64,000 nucleotides of DNA. It comes from Bacteroidota bacterium (GTDB lineage: Bacteria > Bacteroidota > Bacteroidia > Bacteroidales > FEN-979). The notes under the pieces are model-generated. The model saw only the letters and a list, made by a program, of their open reading frames with translations. It ran no database searches and was not told where the DNA came from. The stretch is from NCBI GenBank assembly GCA_037137455.1, contig JBAXKG010000007.1, positions 12,036 to 76,035 on the forward strand, written 5' to 3'. A program made the translations under genes and the position numbers. This document shows, piece after piece, positions 1 to 10,283 of the stretch; position 1 is the stretch's first letter; every line of letters begins with the position of its first letter.

Positions 1-1
1 C

Positions 2-115
2 AGGGTTTCACGAAAGTGTAGCTATATTACACCGGTTCCGGGTGGCGTGGGGCCCATGACCATTGTTTCATTGCTCCAGAATACCCTGAAAGCAGCAAAA
101 AAACATATAATATAA
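2..115 (+). CDS. folD: 3' end of bifunctional methylenetetrahydrofolate dehydrogenase/cyclohydrolase (partial)
   Basis: Frame 2 is open from the window edge to TAA at 113-115. It reads ...[30 protein letters not shown], which contains the conserved FolD C-terminal [10 protein letters not shown] motif. It is too short to appear in the ORF track. Confidence 0.7.
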   Translation, partial: RVSRKCSYITPVPGGVGPMTIVSLLQNTLKAAKKHII

Positions 116-138
116 ATTACTTGAACCAGTTACAGAAA

Positions 139-753
139 ATGTTATTGAAGGAAGGAAAAATGCTCCCTGTGATGGAAGCGTTCTATTCCCTTCAGGGCGA
201 AGGATTCAACACCGGTCAGGCTGCCTACTTTATAAGGATCGGTGGTTGCGATGTCGGATGCAAATGGTGCGATGTAAAGGAATCATGGAATTCAAGCAAT
301 TTTTCGCCGGTTTCTACCGATATTATTGTACAAAATGCCATCGCTTACCCGGCAAAAGCAATTGTTGTCACAGGTGGCGAACCATTATTATTCAACATGG
401 ATTACCTGTGCAGTGAATTACATAGCCAGGCTATTAAGTTATTTCTTGAAACATCGGGTTCACAGCCGCTTAGCGGTTTTTGGGATTGGATCTGTATCTC
501 ACCTAAAAAAGATGCACCGCTAATAAAAGAGGTAGCCCTACAGGCCAATGAACTCAAAGTTATTATTCATGATAATAGCGATTTTCAATGGGGAGAAGAG
601 AATTCACAATATGTCTCACAGTCTTGCATCCTGTATATGCAACCCGAATGGAGCAGACGGGAAATGATGATGCCCGGGATTATTAGTTATATCAAGGCGA
701 ATCCCAAATGGAGGATTTCTCTGCAAAGCCATAAATACATGCATATCCCATGA
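139..753 (+). CDS. queE: 7-carboxy-7-deazaguanine synthase (radical SAM, queuosine pathway)
   Basis: The ORF is 121-753 with a TTG start, and in-frame ATGs lie at 139 and 160. MEAFYSLQGEGFNTGQAAYFIRIGGCDVGCKWCD matches the QueE N-terminal signature and includes a CX3CX2C cluster. The size of about 200 aa is typical. The exact start is uncertain. Confidence 0.85.
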   Translation: MLLKEGKMLPVMEAFYSLQGEGFNTGQAAYFIRIGGCDVGCKWCDVKESWNSSNFSPVSTDIIVQNAIAYPAKAIVVTGGEPLLFNMDYLCSELHSQAIKLFLETSGSQPLSGFWDWICISPKKDAPLIKEVALQANELKVIIHDNSDFQWGEENSQYVSQSCILYMQPEWSRREMMMPGIISYIKANPKWRISLQSHKYMHIP

Positions 754-2696
754 TCCCTAAAAGGCTCCTTTTCTCATTTCTCATTTGTCAATTTTCATTT
801 GTCATTTGTTTTAGCCAGGGACAGCCTCTTTCGACCCAGAATAAAAAAGCAGAAAAATTATTTTACCTGGCAGTTGATTCATACCAGGCAAAAAATTATG
901 ATAAAGCCATTGCCGAGATAAAAAAAGCGATAGAACAGGATCTGCAATTCACCGAGGCATACATATTGAAAGGCGATGTATTAGCTGATAATCAGCAGTT
1001 TGACGATGCCATTATTTCTTACAATGCAGCTATTAAAACAAACAATCCCTTTTCTCCCGGCTTGTATTATATCCTGGCTAACATTCAGCTGAGTACTGGC
1101 AAGTACACCGATTCCCGCATGAATTTTCGACGCTTCCTGGAATTTGAGCAACTTCCTGAGCAAAAAAGGCAATACGCGGAAATAGGGATTATTGCCTGTG
1201 AATTTGCTATCGAATGCATGGCTCACCCGATTCCCTTTGAACCGGTAAATATGGGAGATAGTATAAATACAATTAATGATGAATACATCAATTTGATCAC
1301 TCCGGATGAAGAATTACTCTATTTCACCCGATTAAATCCAACAGATAATCAAACTTCAGGTCAGAGCCAGAATGGTGAAGAGGACTTTTATCTTGTGCAT
1401 CGAATTGATTCATCCTGGTCGGGCGCTTTGAATCTTGGCCCACCTATCAACACACGTGGAAATGAAGGCGCGTTAAGTATTTCGCCTGATGGCAAATATC
1501 TTTATTTTGCAGCTTGTAACCGGCCCGATGGCTACGGGCGGTGCGATATTTATTGGGCCCATCGTATGGGTGATCATTGGACTGTTCCTAAAAATCTCGG
1601 ACCCGTAGTCAATTCAACCCAATGGGATTCACAACCATCATTCTCATCTGATGGAAAAACACTGTATTTTGCAAGCAACCGTAATGGTGGTAAAGGAAGT
1701 TCGGATATCTGGAAAACGGAACTTCAACCTGATGGCCAATGGAGTGTGCCGGTCAACCTGGGCGATTCCATAAATACACCTTCCGAAGAGATGGCCCCGT
1801 TTATCCATCTGGATAACCAAACACTGTACTTTTCCTCAAAAGGCCATCTGGGATTGGGTGGACTCGATCTTTTTTATTCCCGGATATCACCGGAAGGAAA
1901 ATGGAATAAACCAGTAAATTTAGGATTTCCGATCAATACTTATGCCGATGAAATATCCCTGATAGTAAATGCGAAAGGCAATGTTGCATATATTTCTTCC
2001 GACAAACTGGGAGGCAAAGGGCGTCAGGATATATATAAATTCCCGCTTTATCCTAAAGCCCGTCCTTTGCCTGCTACCTATTTTAAAGGTATCGTTTTTG
2101 ATGAAAAAACCAAGACAAAGCTAGAGGCCCGGTTTGAACTTATTGACCTGATGACCTCAAAAACTGTTGCCGAGTCGGGATCAGACCAAATTACCGGTGA
2201 ATTTTTATTGGTATTGCCAATTGAGAGAAACTATGCATTGAATGTATCCAAAGACGGATATCTCTTTTATTCTGAAAATTTTTCACTCTATGGAACCAGT
2301 TCCCAGACCAGGCCATTTATAAAAAATATCCCGCTTAAGCCGATAATGACAGGAGAGGCGGTTGTTTTAAAGAATATTTTTTTCGATACAGACAAATACC
2401 TCCTTAAGGATGAATCGCTTGTTGAGCTGCAGAAATTATTGGGACTCCTGCAGAGGAATCCTAAATTAAAAATTGAAATCAGTGGACATACTGATAATGT
2501 TGGCGCTGAAGAATATAATATTGAACTATCCGGGAACCGGGCAAGCGCTGTTTATAATTACCTTGTTCAGAATGGCATAACAGCATCAAGACTCTCTTTT
2601 ACAGGTTATGGGTTCAATAAGCCAATTGATAACAACACAACAGATGAAGGTCGCGCAAATAACCGTCGCACTGAATTTAAAGTATTAAGTAATTAA
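750..2696 (+). CDS. OmpA-family outer-membrane/periplasmic protein with TPR-like N-terminus and PD40 (TolB-like) beta-propeller repeats
   Basis: It has a signal-like N-terminus. PD40-type motifs recur ([31 protein letters not shown]). The C-terminus is an OmpA domain ([29 protein letters not shown]...NNRRTEF). ATGA start/stop overlap with queE. Confidence 0.85.
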   Translation: MIPKRLLFSFLICQFSFVICFSQGQPLSTQNKKAEKLFYLAVDSYQAKNYDKAIAEIKKAIEQDLQFTEAYILKGDVLADNQQFDDAIISYNAAIKTNNPFSPGLYYILANIQLSTGKYTDSRMNFRRFLEFEQLPEQKRQYAEIGIIACEFAIECMAHPIPFEPVNMGDSINTINDEYINLITPDEELLYFTRLNPTDNQTSGQSQNGEEDFYLVHRIDSSWSGALNLGPPINTRGNEGALSISPDGKYLYFAACNRPDGYGRCDIYWAHRMGDHWTVPKNLGPVVNSTQWDSQPSFSSDGKTLYFASNRNGGKGSSDIWKTELQPDGQWSVPVNLGDSINTPSEEMAPFIHLDNQTLYFSSKGHLGLGGLDLFYSRISPEGKWNKPVNLGFPINTYADEISLIVNAKGNVAYISSDKLGGKGRQDIYKFPLYPKARPLPATYFKGIVFDEKTKTKLEARFELIDLMTSKTVAESGSDQITGEFLLVLPIERNYALNVSKDGYLFYSENFSLYGTSSQTRPFIKNIPLKPIMTGEAVVLKNIFFDTDKYLLKDESLVELQKLLGLLQRNPKLKIEISGHTDNVGAEEYNIELSGNRASAVYNYLVQNGITASRLSFTGYGFNKPIDNNTTDEGRANNRRTEFKVLSN

Positions 2697-2739
2697 ATTT
2701 ATTCATACCTTTGCACCCCTTAAAATCACGCATTGTTAC

Positions 2740-4689
2740 ATGGTTAATATTACCTTACCCGATAATTCGGTACGTCAATATCCTGAAGGAGTTACCGGAG
2801 TCGGGATTGCAAAAAGCATAAGTGAAGGACTTGCACGCAATGTCCTTTCAATTCAGGTGAATGATGAGATTTGGGATGCAACCCGCGCTATTACAACGGA
2901 TGCCAGGATCAGATTATATACCTGGAGCGACCCGGCGGGGAAGGCTGCCATGTGGCATTCATCGGCACACCTTATGGCTGAAGCCATTGAATTGCTTTAT
3001 CCAGGTGTCAAATTTGGAATAGGTCCTGATATTGAAAATGGTTTTTACTACGATATCGATTTTGGAAATTATACCATCTCCTCTGATGATTTTGCTAAGA
3101 TTGAAAAGAAGATACTTGAACTGGCAAAGGAAAAGCAGAGTTTCATTCGCAAAAATGTTTTTAAGTCCGATGCCATTGATTATTTCACCGCGAAAGGGGA
3201 TGAGTATAAAATTGAATTGTTACAGGGTCTTGAGGATGGCCAGATTACTTTTTATGAATCGGGTAAATTCACAGATCTGTGCCGTGGGCCGCATATCCCT
3301 GATACCAGTTTCATTAAGGCTATTAAACTCCTTAATATTGCCGGCGCATACTGGAGAGGCGATGAAAAACGCAAACAACTAACCCGCATTTACGGTATCA
3401 CTTTTCCTAAACAAAAGGAACTTGATGACTTTCTCATCTTTCTTGAGGAGGCAAAAAAGCGTGATCACAGGAAACTAGGTAAGGAACTTGAACTCTTTGC
3501 ATTTTCTCAAAAAGTTGGCCTCGGACTGCCCCTTTGGTTACCCCGTGGCGCTGCATTGCGCGAACGTCTTGAAATGTTCCTTAAAAAAGTTCAAAAAAAA
3601 GCTGGCTACGAACAAGTTATTTGTCCTCATATTGGCAGTGTGGAATTATACAAGACCTCAGGCCATTATCAGAAATATGGCGAAAGTTCATTCCGCCCGA
3701 TCTCAACTCCCATCGAAGGTGAGGAATTCTTCCTTAAACCTATGAATTGTCCTCACCACTGTGAAATTTACAAGGTGAAACCAAGGTCGTACCGCGATTT
3801 GCCAGTGAGGCTTGCCGAGTTTGGCACAGTTTACCGGTACGAACAAAGTGGCGAATTGCATGGTTTGACCCGGGTCCGTGGATTTACTCAGGACGATGCT
3901 CATATTTTCTGCACACCCGAGCAGGTTAAAGACGAGTTCAAGGGTGTTATGGACATTGTGATGTTGATCTTTAAATCACTTGACTTCAAGGATTTTATTG
4001 TTCAAATATCCTTGCGGGACCCGAATAACAAAGAAAAGTATATTGGTTCCGATGAAAATTGGGATAAAGCTGAACGGGCCATTTTAGAAGTTGCAGAAGA
4101 ACGCGGATTGAACACTGTTATTGAACTTGGTGAAGCAGCTTTCTATGGGCCTAAAATGGATTTCCTGGTTAAAGATGCTCTTGGCAGAAAATGGCAACTT
4201 GGGACCATCCAGGTTGATTATAACTTGCCAGAACGGTTTGATCTTGAGTATATTGGAAATGATAACCAGAAACATCGTCCGGTAATGATCCATCGGGCTC
4301 CGTTTGGTTCAATGGAGCGGTTTGTTGCTGTTTTATTAGAGCACACAGCAGGTAATTTCCCGCTTTGGCTGAACCCGGATCAAGCTATTGTATTGCCAAT
4401 CAGTGAGAAATATCAGGAATATGCAAAAAAAGTTTTAAATTTGCTAAATAATTCCGAAATTCGCGCCCTTATTGATGACCGTAACGAAAAAGCAGGCAAA
4501 AAGATTCGCGATGCCGAATTGATGAAAATTCCCTATATGCTCGTTGTTGGAGAACGTGAAGAGCATGAAGGAACGGTATCAGTTCGCAAACATGGTCATG
4601 GAGACCAGGGACCGCAGAAAATAGAAGATTTTATTCACCTTGTTCAGGAAGAGGTAAAGAACGAACTTGGAGAGATAGTTCAATCGTAA
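2740..4689 (+). CDS. thrS: threonine--tRNA ligase
   Basis: 649 aa with a TGS-like N-terminus, [11 protein letters not shown], the class II core [14 protein letters not shown] and [13 protein letters not shown], plus a C-terminal anticodon-binding region. Confidence 0.97.
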   Translation: MVNITLPDNSVRQYPEGVTGVGIAKSISEGLARNVLSIQVNDEIWDATRAITTDARIRLYTWSDPAGKAAMWHSSAHLMAEAIELLYPGVKFGIGPDIENGFYYDIDFGNYTISSDDFAKIEKKILELAKEKQSFIRKNVFKSDAIDYFTAKGDEYKIELLQGLEDGQITFYESGKFTDLCRGPHIPDTSFIKAIKLLNIAGAYWRGDEKRKQLTRIYGITFPKQKELDDFLIFLEEAKKRDHRKLGKELELFAFSQKVGLGLPLWLPRGAALRERLEMFLKKVQKKAGYEQVICPHIGSVELYKTSGHYQKYGESSFRPISTPIEGEEFFLKPMNCPHHCEIYKVKPRSYRDLPVRLAEFGTVYRYEQSGELHGLTRVRGFTQDDAHIFCTPEQVKDEFKGVMDIVMLIFKSLDFKDFIVQISLRDPNNKEKYIGSDENWDKAERAILEVAEERGLNTVIELGEAAFYGPKMDFLVKDALGRKWQLGTIQVDYNLPERFDLEYIGNDNQKHRPVMIHRAPFGSMERFVAVLLEHTAGNFPLWLNPDQAIVLPISEKYQEYAKKVLNLLNNSEIRALIDDRNEKAGKKIRDAELMKIPYMLVVGEREEHEGTVSVRKHGHGDQGPQKIEDFIHLVQEEVKNELGEIVQS

Positions 4690-4715
4690 TATTAACAAAT
4701 ATAGGAGACAGAACA

Positions 4716-5270
4716 ATAGTAACACAATTTAGCGGCCCGAGACGATATCCGAAACCGGGGAAAAAAGAAGAACCTTATAATATCAATCAATGGATCAAGG
4801 CCCCGGTTGTACGTGTGGTTGGTGAAAATATCGAACCTGGTATCTACAACATTCGTGAAGCCTTGAATATTGCTGAAGCCAAAGGCCTCGACCTTGTCGA
4901 AATATCACCAACTGCTAATCCTCCCGTTTGCAAGGTGATCGATTACAAAAAATTTCTTTACGAGCTTAAAAAGAAGCAGAAAGAAATGAAGGCCAAAACA
5001 GCAAAAATTGTTGTCAAGGAAATTCGACTTGGTCCCAATACCGATGAACATGATTTCAATTTTAAACTCAACCATGCGATCAAATTCCTTAAAGATGGCG
5101 CAAAAGTTAAAGTTGATGTCTTTTTCAAAGGGCGATCAATAATATATAAAGAACAAGGGGAATTGATTCTGTTGAAATTTGCCCAGGCTTTGGTTGAAGT
5201 TGGAAAAATTGAACAAATGCCCCGCCTCGAAGGTAAACGCATGATCATGATCATCACGCCAAAAAAATAA
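4716..5270 (+). CDS. infC: translation initiation factor IF-3, probable non-AUG (ATA) start
   Basis: The track ORF 4815-5270 begins at an internal GTG inside the conserved ...[12 protein letters not shown] region. The frame is open back to the thrS stop. ATA at 4716 lies 8 nt after AGGAG (4703-4707) and gives an N-terminal extension (about 31 aa before VRVVG) somewhat longer than the roughly 24-aa ones I recall for Bacteroidota IF-3. ATA at 4701 is an alternative start. Confidence 0.85.
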   Translation: MVTQFSGPRRYPKPGKKEEPYNINQWIKAPVVRVVGENIEPGIYNIREALNIAEAKGLDLVEISPTANPPVCKVIDYKKFLYELKKKQKEMKAKTAKIVVKEIRLGPNTDEHDFNFKLNHAIKFLKDGAKVKVDVFFKGRSIIYKEQGELILLKFAQALVEVGKIEQMPRLEGKRMIMIITPKK

Positions 5271-5310
5271 AATAATTCGACAATTCAATAATTCAATAAT
5301 TCAATAATTC
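5271..5310 (+). repeat. tandem 8-nt repeat (AATAATTC, about 4.5 copies) in the infC-rpmI spacer
   Basis: Read directly: aataattc gac aattc aataattc aataattc aataattc. The array ends 14 nt before the rpmI ATG. Confidence 0.8.
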
Positions 5311-5324
5311 AACAAAAAGGTAAC

Positions 5325-5519
5325 ATGCCAAAAATGAAGACCAAATCCGGCGCTAAAAAAAGATTTACTCTGACGGGTACCGGTAAAATCAAACGGAAGC
5401 ATGCTTACAAAAGCCACATCCTGACCAAGAAATCCATCAAGCGGAAACGTAATCTGACGTATTCCACAACGGTTCACAAGTCTGATGAAGCCAATGTAAA
5501 AGAGATGCTCCAGGGTTAA
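5325..5519 (+). CDS. rpmI: 50S ribosomal protein L35
   Basis: 64 aa and very basic. [14 protein letters not shown]...[14 protein letters not shown] is the L35 signature. It sits in the conserved infC-rpmI-rplT order. Confidence 0.95.
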   Translation: MPKMKTKSGAKKRFTLTGTGKIKRKHAYKSHILTKKSIKRKRNLTYSTTVHKSDEANVKEMLQG

Positions 5520-5593
5520 TTATTCATTGTTTAACTTGTGATTAGCTTCAAAAGATCCCGATAACGGGGCGCTAACGCAAAAAATCAGAAATT

Positions 5594-5941
5594 ATGCCAA
5601 GATCAGTAAATGCAGTCGCCTCGAGAGAGAGAAGGAAAAAAATCCTTAAACGGGCTAAAGGGCAATTCGGAAGACGAAAGAATGTCCTGACCGTTGCGAA
5701 AAATTCAGTCGAAAAAGGGTTAGGCTATGCCTATCGCGATCGTCGCACCAAGAAACGCAATTTTCGTGGCCTTTGGATTACCCGTATCAACGCCGGTGTT
5801 CGCCAGTATGGAATGTCCTATTCAGTATTTATAGGTAAACTTGCTGAAAAAAATATTACTCTGAATAGGAAAACCCTCGCCGATTTAGCCATGAACCATC
5901 CGGAAGCTTTTAAAGCCGTTGTTGAAGAACTCAACAGCTAA
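5594..5941 (+). CDS. rplT: 50S ribosomal protein L20
   Basis: 115 aa. [28 protein letters not shown] and [21 protein letters not shown] are the L20 signature. Confidence 0.95.
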   Translation: MPRSVNAVASRERRKKILKRAKGQFGRRKNVLTVAKNSVEKGLGYAYRDRRTKKRNFRGLWITRINAGVRQYGMSYSVFIGKLAEKNITLNRKTLADLAMNHPEAFKAVVEELNS

Positions 5942-5953
5942 CTTTCGTTCCGG

Positions 5954-7384
5954 TCAAAGTGCCCCTGGTTTTTTATTTTGCCTTACATGGTTTTCGATAA
6001 GTTCCCCAATCTTGTCGGGTGGTAATTGTTTTGCAATTATCTCTTTACGCTCATTTAAAATGTAAATTACCGGGGTCGAAATAATGTCGTAAGAATCGTG
6101 GAAATCACCAGTCAGGGTGCGTGGACCGTTCACGTTGATCCATGTCATGTTATTCTTTTTGATTTTTTTCTTCATCTTTACCATGGAGGTATCAGAACAT
6201 ACCGCGAAAATCTCCAGGCCGTACTTTTTTTTATAAGTGTCATAGGTTGCCTTTATTTTGGGCATGTCCTGCTCACAATGACTGCAATCGGGGTCCCAGA
6301 ATAAAATCATCAGATACTTTGCCTTGATGTTATGCAGTGATACAAGATTAAAACTGGTATCCTGCATTATCATATCAGGTGCGGTCCGGCCAATTAATAA
6401 ACCACGGATCTTGTTCGCTTTCTTAATGATAGTTTCATTTGTGGTCTTATCAACCCACGATGCCTGACCGGTAACATAGTATTTGTCGATGATGTATACG
6501 AAAATCTCATCAAATCCCATAATATCCGAAGTTTCATACCGGTAAGTTGTGAACCATATAATATATTTGAACATTTCTTTATCAGGCCTGGCTTTCTCAA
6601 CCATAGCATCAACTTCACGTTTTATTGAATCAGGAATTTGAAGGACAACATAATCGAAATATTTCTTCAGTTTGTTATAAAAGACCGGTGTTCTCAACAA
6701 TCGCGAATCGGAGAAATCAACATCATCCCAGAAATGCGATTTATAATAACGATAAGAAAAGGTCGAATCTTTCCTTCCATTCGGCAGTATTGGCGCTTCA
6801 GGAACTTCAGGCTCTTTCATGGCATTGATCATGAATGATATAAAGGCATCCGGATAATTTTTTACAACGTCAAGCTTATATGAAATGAGCTCTTTGCTTT
6901 GGTCGGTGATAATTTTTGTATATATCTCTGTGGAGTCTTTTTTATCTGCAGCGTTTTTCAGTTTATTCTGAAAATCCTGAATAAAAGCATATTTTTCCCG
7001 GTTGAAATTCAGGTACTTGTAAAACAGTTCGTTGTCGGGGGAATTTTTGATAACCATTTTTTGAATCAGATCCCTCACATCCGTTTCAATTGTAAATTCA
7101 TGGTCCTTGTCGATGATAAAATCAAAATATTTTTTATCGGTAATTATAAAAATATATAAACCTTTAGGGAGATCAGCGGGCGCTTTAAATACACAATGCC
7201 CTGTGGCATCAACGGTAAGCGTATCCTTAATGTAGGTTCCGCTGCTATAATAATTGCCAATCAAACAGGTCGTGTCTTTTAACCCATTGATTTTGAATTT
7301 AATTAAATATTCCTGCTGCCCGTATGATGGTGAAAAAAAATTGAGCGATAATATTATAAATAAGGCAATCCGAAATTGTATCAT
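5954..7384 (-). CDS. secreted thioredoxin-fold (TlpA/ResA-like) protein with long N-terminal domain
   Basis: It has a signal peptide. The C-terminal region reads ILFWDPDCSHCEQ (a CxxC redox motif in a thioredoxin context). The size and architecture resemble Bacteroidota DUF5106/TlpA-type proteins. Confidence 0.7.
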   Translation of the reverse strand: MIQFRIALFIILSLNFFSPSYGQQEYLIKFKINGLKDTTCLIGNYYSSGTYIKDTLTVDATGHCVFKAPADLPKGLYIFIITDKKYFDFIIDKDHEFTIETDVRDLIQKMVIKNSPDNELFYKYLNFNREKYAFIQDFQNKLKNAADKKDSTEIYTKIITDQSKELISYKLDVVKNYPDAFISFMINAMKEPEVPEAPILPNGRKDSTFSYRYYKSHFWDDVDFSDSRLLRTPVFYNKLKKYFDYVVLQIPDSIKREVDAMVEKARPDKEMFKYIIWFTTYRYETSDIMGFDEIFVYIIDKYYVTGQASWVDKTTNETIIKKANKIRGLLIGRTAPDMIMQDTSFNLVSLHNIKAKYLMILFWDPDCSHCEQDMPKIKATYDTYKKKYGLEIFAVCSDTSMVKMKKKIKKNNMTWINVNGPRTLTGDFHDSYDIISTPVIYILNERKEIIAKQLPPDKIGELIENHVRQNKKPGAL

Positions 7385-7418
7385 AATTTTTTGCCTGATT
7401 AACGTAAATTAAATGGTT

Positions 7419-8111
7419 CTATTTTCCTGAGAACTCCTTTTCATAAGGACGAAAAAAATACCTTACGTAAAAGTAACCAATAGCCTCATTCATTGTCTCC
7501 CTGAAACCCTTACTCGATTTCCACCATGAATGGGGACCATAATAAAAATTCTCAACCGAGATTATACCAACCCTGATCGAATCTCCCAAGGCAGCCTGGA
7601 ATAATAGCCGGCTTCGACCGCCATGAACGCTCATGGTCATGAGATTGATGGCTTTGATATCTGGCCGGTTTGAACGTATCCATTTTTTTAATTTGATTGC
7701 TGAATTATATGTGCGGTCATTTTTGATTTCATCTGTTCCGATAATTACTAGTTTCGTAGAATCAAAACCAAGTTTGATCAGCGACATCCCTGCAACTCTG
7801 GCGGTATTGCGGTAGTGTGAGAGCAAATCTCCATATTCCAGTGGAGTTCCTGTTGTGATGAGGAGAGTGTAATGATTGTTTTTAAATTCCTCAATTGCAT
7901 CTTGTAAAACATAATCACTGATAAAACCTTCGAGAACCAGTATATCTGTTTTTTCACGCTGAACAGGGGAGAGGATGGAATATAAATTTCTGAATCCAAG
8001 ATAAACAGGTAAAATAATTAGAATAATAATGACTATCCAACCATAAATGGATAATCCCCATCGTTCTCTCCGGTTGATAAGAAAATAATTCTTTATTGGT
8101 TTATCATTCAT
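7419..8111 (-). CDS. DUF218 (YdcF/SanA/ElyC-like) membrane-anchored protein
   Basis: One N-terminal TM helix is followed by ILVLEGF...LLITTGTP...MTMSVHGGRSRLLF. I judged this pattern DUF218-like by eye. Confidence 0.5.
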   Translation of the reverse strand: MNDKPIKNYFLINRRERWGLSIYGWIVIIILIILPVYLGFRNLYSILSPVQREKTDILVLEGFISDYVLQDAIEEFKNNHYTLLITTGTPLEYGDLLSHYRNTARVAGMSLIKLGFDSTKLVIIGTDEIKNDRTYNSAIKLKKWIRSNRPDIKAINLMTMSVHGGRSRLLFQAALGDSIRVGIISVENFYYGPHSWWKSSKGFRETMNEAIGYFYVRYFFRPYEKEFSGK

Positions 8112-8113
8112 AA

Positions 8114-9667
8114 TTAAATGAAAATATGTTCATTACGTAATAAGTCATTGACTGTTTTAACAGGATTAAAAGTAATAATGGGCACTTCAATAAAAATAGT
8201 TATCCATTTGGCCATTGCCCCGTTCCAGAGTCCAGGTAGTTCCTGTGCTTTCAGCGTTATTCCTCCACTTGATTTCAATGAAATGAACCCGGTATTTTCA
8301 TCCACAAATTCATTTAAATTAAACCGCTTTCCTTCGAAATCTTTTGTACTGCAAACCAGATCAACCGGATTAAAGTGTGTTGATGCTCCGGCAATTGCAT
8401 TTTGTACCGGATCGCTCATGTTTATTTGAGATGTTTCAACAATTTGCAATGATCGCCTGTTGTCATCTCCCATTACCCAAAAAGGGCCTCCGCCTGGCTC
8501 ACCTTCATTTTTCACCATGCCGCAAACACGAATTGGCCGGTTCATAAGTGCAAAAAGAAAATCAGCCTTTTTCTCACTATTAAAAGAATCCCAATCATTG
8601 TGGATATCCAAAAACAGTTTTTCCTTTACAAATGAAGTTATCTCTATCAATTCATCATGTGTAACCTGCTGGTTTTTAATTTTTAAAAGATAATTTTGAA
8701 TCATATCTTTCAAAGATAAAAGATATCCGCCGAGGAGCTTTTTATATTGGAAGGTCACCTCTTTTAACCGGTCAGGAACAATATTGTCAATGTTTTTTAC
8801 GAAAATAAGGTCTGCATCCACTTCATTCAGGTTTTTCAATAAAGCGCCATGACCACCCGGACGGAAAAGGAGGGTGCCATCCTGATTTCGGACGGGCATA
8901 TTATTTTCATCTACAGCAATCGTATCGGTTGAAGGTTTTTGAATTGAAAAGGAAATCTCAAAATTAACACCAAGCCTTGACTCATAATCATTCCTTACCT
9001 GTTCAACCAAACCCATGAACTTTTCGCGGTGTTCAGGCGAAATTGTAAAATGAATACGTGCCTTTTGTGAAATATCCCTGGTGTATTCCGCAGCCTCGAC
9101 CATGTGCTCTTCTGCAGCTGTTCTTGCACCATCAGAGTATCTGTGGAACTTCAATAATGCCTTTGGCAAATTAGCATAATCCAATCCGAGATCAGTCAGA
9201 AGATAATCAATTAGTGTTGCATAGTCTTTGTTTACAAGGATTTGATCGATTGAAATTCCCGAATCGGACAACCGGTTTGAGAGCTCCTCGTAAAAAGCAA
9301 TTTGATTGAGATGGGTAATGAAATAATGCACCGAATTAAAACCTAAATCCTTTGAAAGTAAATCGTCTACGGTAGAAGAGGGGCCAATGTTTTCCCTGAA
9401 TTCAAATAAATGTTTGAACATTCTGCTCGCTGCCCCTGAGGCCGGAACAAATTTGACAACATTAATATTTGGTGCGGTATTGTTAAAATGTGAAATAAAA
9501 AATGCTTTTTCCTCATCATTGAAATTTAGCAAACCATCGCCTGAAATTGCAGGCCTGTCAAGCCGGATAAACGGGAAGCCCCTAATAAAATTATCAATTT
9601 GCTTCATGATTAAGAAAAGTTCAATTCCCTTAATCTTAAATTGCTTAGAATCGTTGATGCTAAACAT
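8114..9667 (-). CDS. DUF4301-like protein (nucleotidyl-transferase-like fold, function unknown)
   Basis: 517 aa. The N-terminus (...QIDNFIRGFPFIRLDRPAISGDGLL) and the FVKNIDNIVPD segment resemble the conserved Bacteroidota DUF4301 family. This is from memory only. Confidence 0.5.
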   Translation of the reverse strand: MFSINDSKQFKIKGIELFLIMKQIDNFIRGFPFIRLDRPAISGDGLLNFNDEEKAFFISHFNNTAPNINVVKFVPASGAASRMFKHLFEFRENIGPSSTVDDLLSKDLGFNSVHYFITHLNQIAFYEELSNRLSDSGISIDQILVNKDYATLIDYLLTDLGLDYANLPKALLKFHRYSDGARTAAEEHMVEAAEYTRDISQKARIHFTISPEHREKFMGLVEQVRNDYESRLGVNFEISFSIQKPSTDTIAVDENNMPVRNQDGTLLFRPGGHGALLKNLNEVDADLIFVKNIDNIVPDRLKEVTFQYKKLLGGYLLSLKDMIQNYLLKIKNQQVTHDELIEITSFVKEKLFLDIHNDWDSFNSEKKADFLFALMNRPIRVCGMVKNEGEPGGGPFWVMGDDNRRSLQIVETSQINMSDPVQNAIAGASTHFNPVDLVCSTKDFEGKRFNLNEFVDENTGFISLKSSGGITLKAQELPGLWNGAMAKWITIFIEVPIITFNPVKTVNDLLRNEHIFI

Positions 9668-9997
9668 AATTTCCTGATCTGTAATTATTGAACAAATTTA
9701 TTGAAAAAATGAAATCCCAGGGCATTTCTTTTGGCTGCTAACACAATCAAAAGATTGCCATTTGTATAATAAGTAATGATAAGAAATTAATTATATTATT
9801 GTAAGTAATTATATTTCAGATAATAAATATGGTTCATAAGAACTATTACTTGAATATAAATCAATTAATAAGAAGAATAATAATTTGTTATAAGGTAAGA
9901 TGAATCTATCAACCTGATGAACAAGGGGTGAAGAAAGGCAGAAATGATATTTGTAATAATAAAGAAGTGAGAAATATCAATAAAGTAGTTGTACAAC

Positions 9998-10025
9998 GTT
10001 TACAAATGTAATTACATTTGTAAAC
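9998..10025. repeat. perfect 28-bp palindrome GTTTACAAATG-TAATTA-CATTTGTAAAC
   Basis: I checked it base by base and all 14 positions pair. The architecture is 11-6-11. It lies 259 bp upstream of the HTH regulator gene. Confidence 0.9.
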
Positions 10026-10097
10026 AACACTAATAAATTTATAACATACGGAATATTAATAATATATATATTATTTATCATGAATATTGTATATTTA

Positions 10098-10130
10098 TTA
10101 CAAATGTAACAAATGTAAATTACAATGTTA
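10098..10130 (+). repeat. three tandem direct copies of the palindrome half-site (TTACAAATGTAA / CAAATGTAA / ATTACAATGTTA)
   Basis: Read directly. The core is the same as in the palindrome arms, and the third copy is degenerate. Confidence 0.8.
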
Positions 10131-10260
10131 AATTGAATTAATTATTTTAATATAAATTATCTAATACATTAAATATTAATTAAATAGAAGTTATATATGA
10201 TATATTAGTTTAATAAAGCATTTTTTTTTGGTTACTCATTACATAATATTATGTTTTTAT

Positions 10261-10268
10261 TACTTTTG
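10261..10268 (+). promoter_or_regulatory. candidate Bacteroidota sigma-A -7 box (TACTTTTG = TAnnTTTG)
   Basis: It matches the TAnnTTTG consensus and ends 15 nt before the ATG at 10284. A T9 run lies at 10221-10229 upstream. Confidence 0.4.
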
Positions 10269-10283
10269 TGAAAAGTACCAGCG

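Larger units (their letters stand above)
9668..10283. promoter_or_regulatory. 616-bp very AT-rich non-coding region with clustered palindromic and direct repeat sites
   Basis: This is the longest gap in the window, and most others are under 90 nt. It has no ORF of 60 aa or more. It contains a 28-bp perfect palindrome and at least 6 copies of a (C/T)ATTTGTAA / TTACAAATG core. Confidence 0.7.

Noticed and set aside
5542-5575. A nested inverted repeat (TTAGC...CCCG-ATAA-CGGG...GCTAA) between rpmI and rplT, considered as an L20-type leader or attenuator.
   Set aside because: The stems are only 4-5 bp with a long unpaired bulge, and no U-tract follows. I cannot separate this from chance in AT-rich sequence.
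9668-10283. A CRISPR array, oriC or dif site in the AT-rich gap.
   Set aside because: - **CRISPR.** The repeats are only 9-12 bp, are irregularly spaced, and have no spacer periodicity.
- **oriC.** I saw no TTATCCACA-type DnaA boxes, and no dnaA or dnaN gene is nearby.
- **dif.** The palindrome arms lack the inner ATAA/TTAT of known dif cores.

The recombinase-site idea is kept only as a low-probability alternative in the finding for this region.
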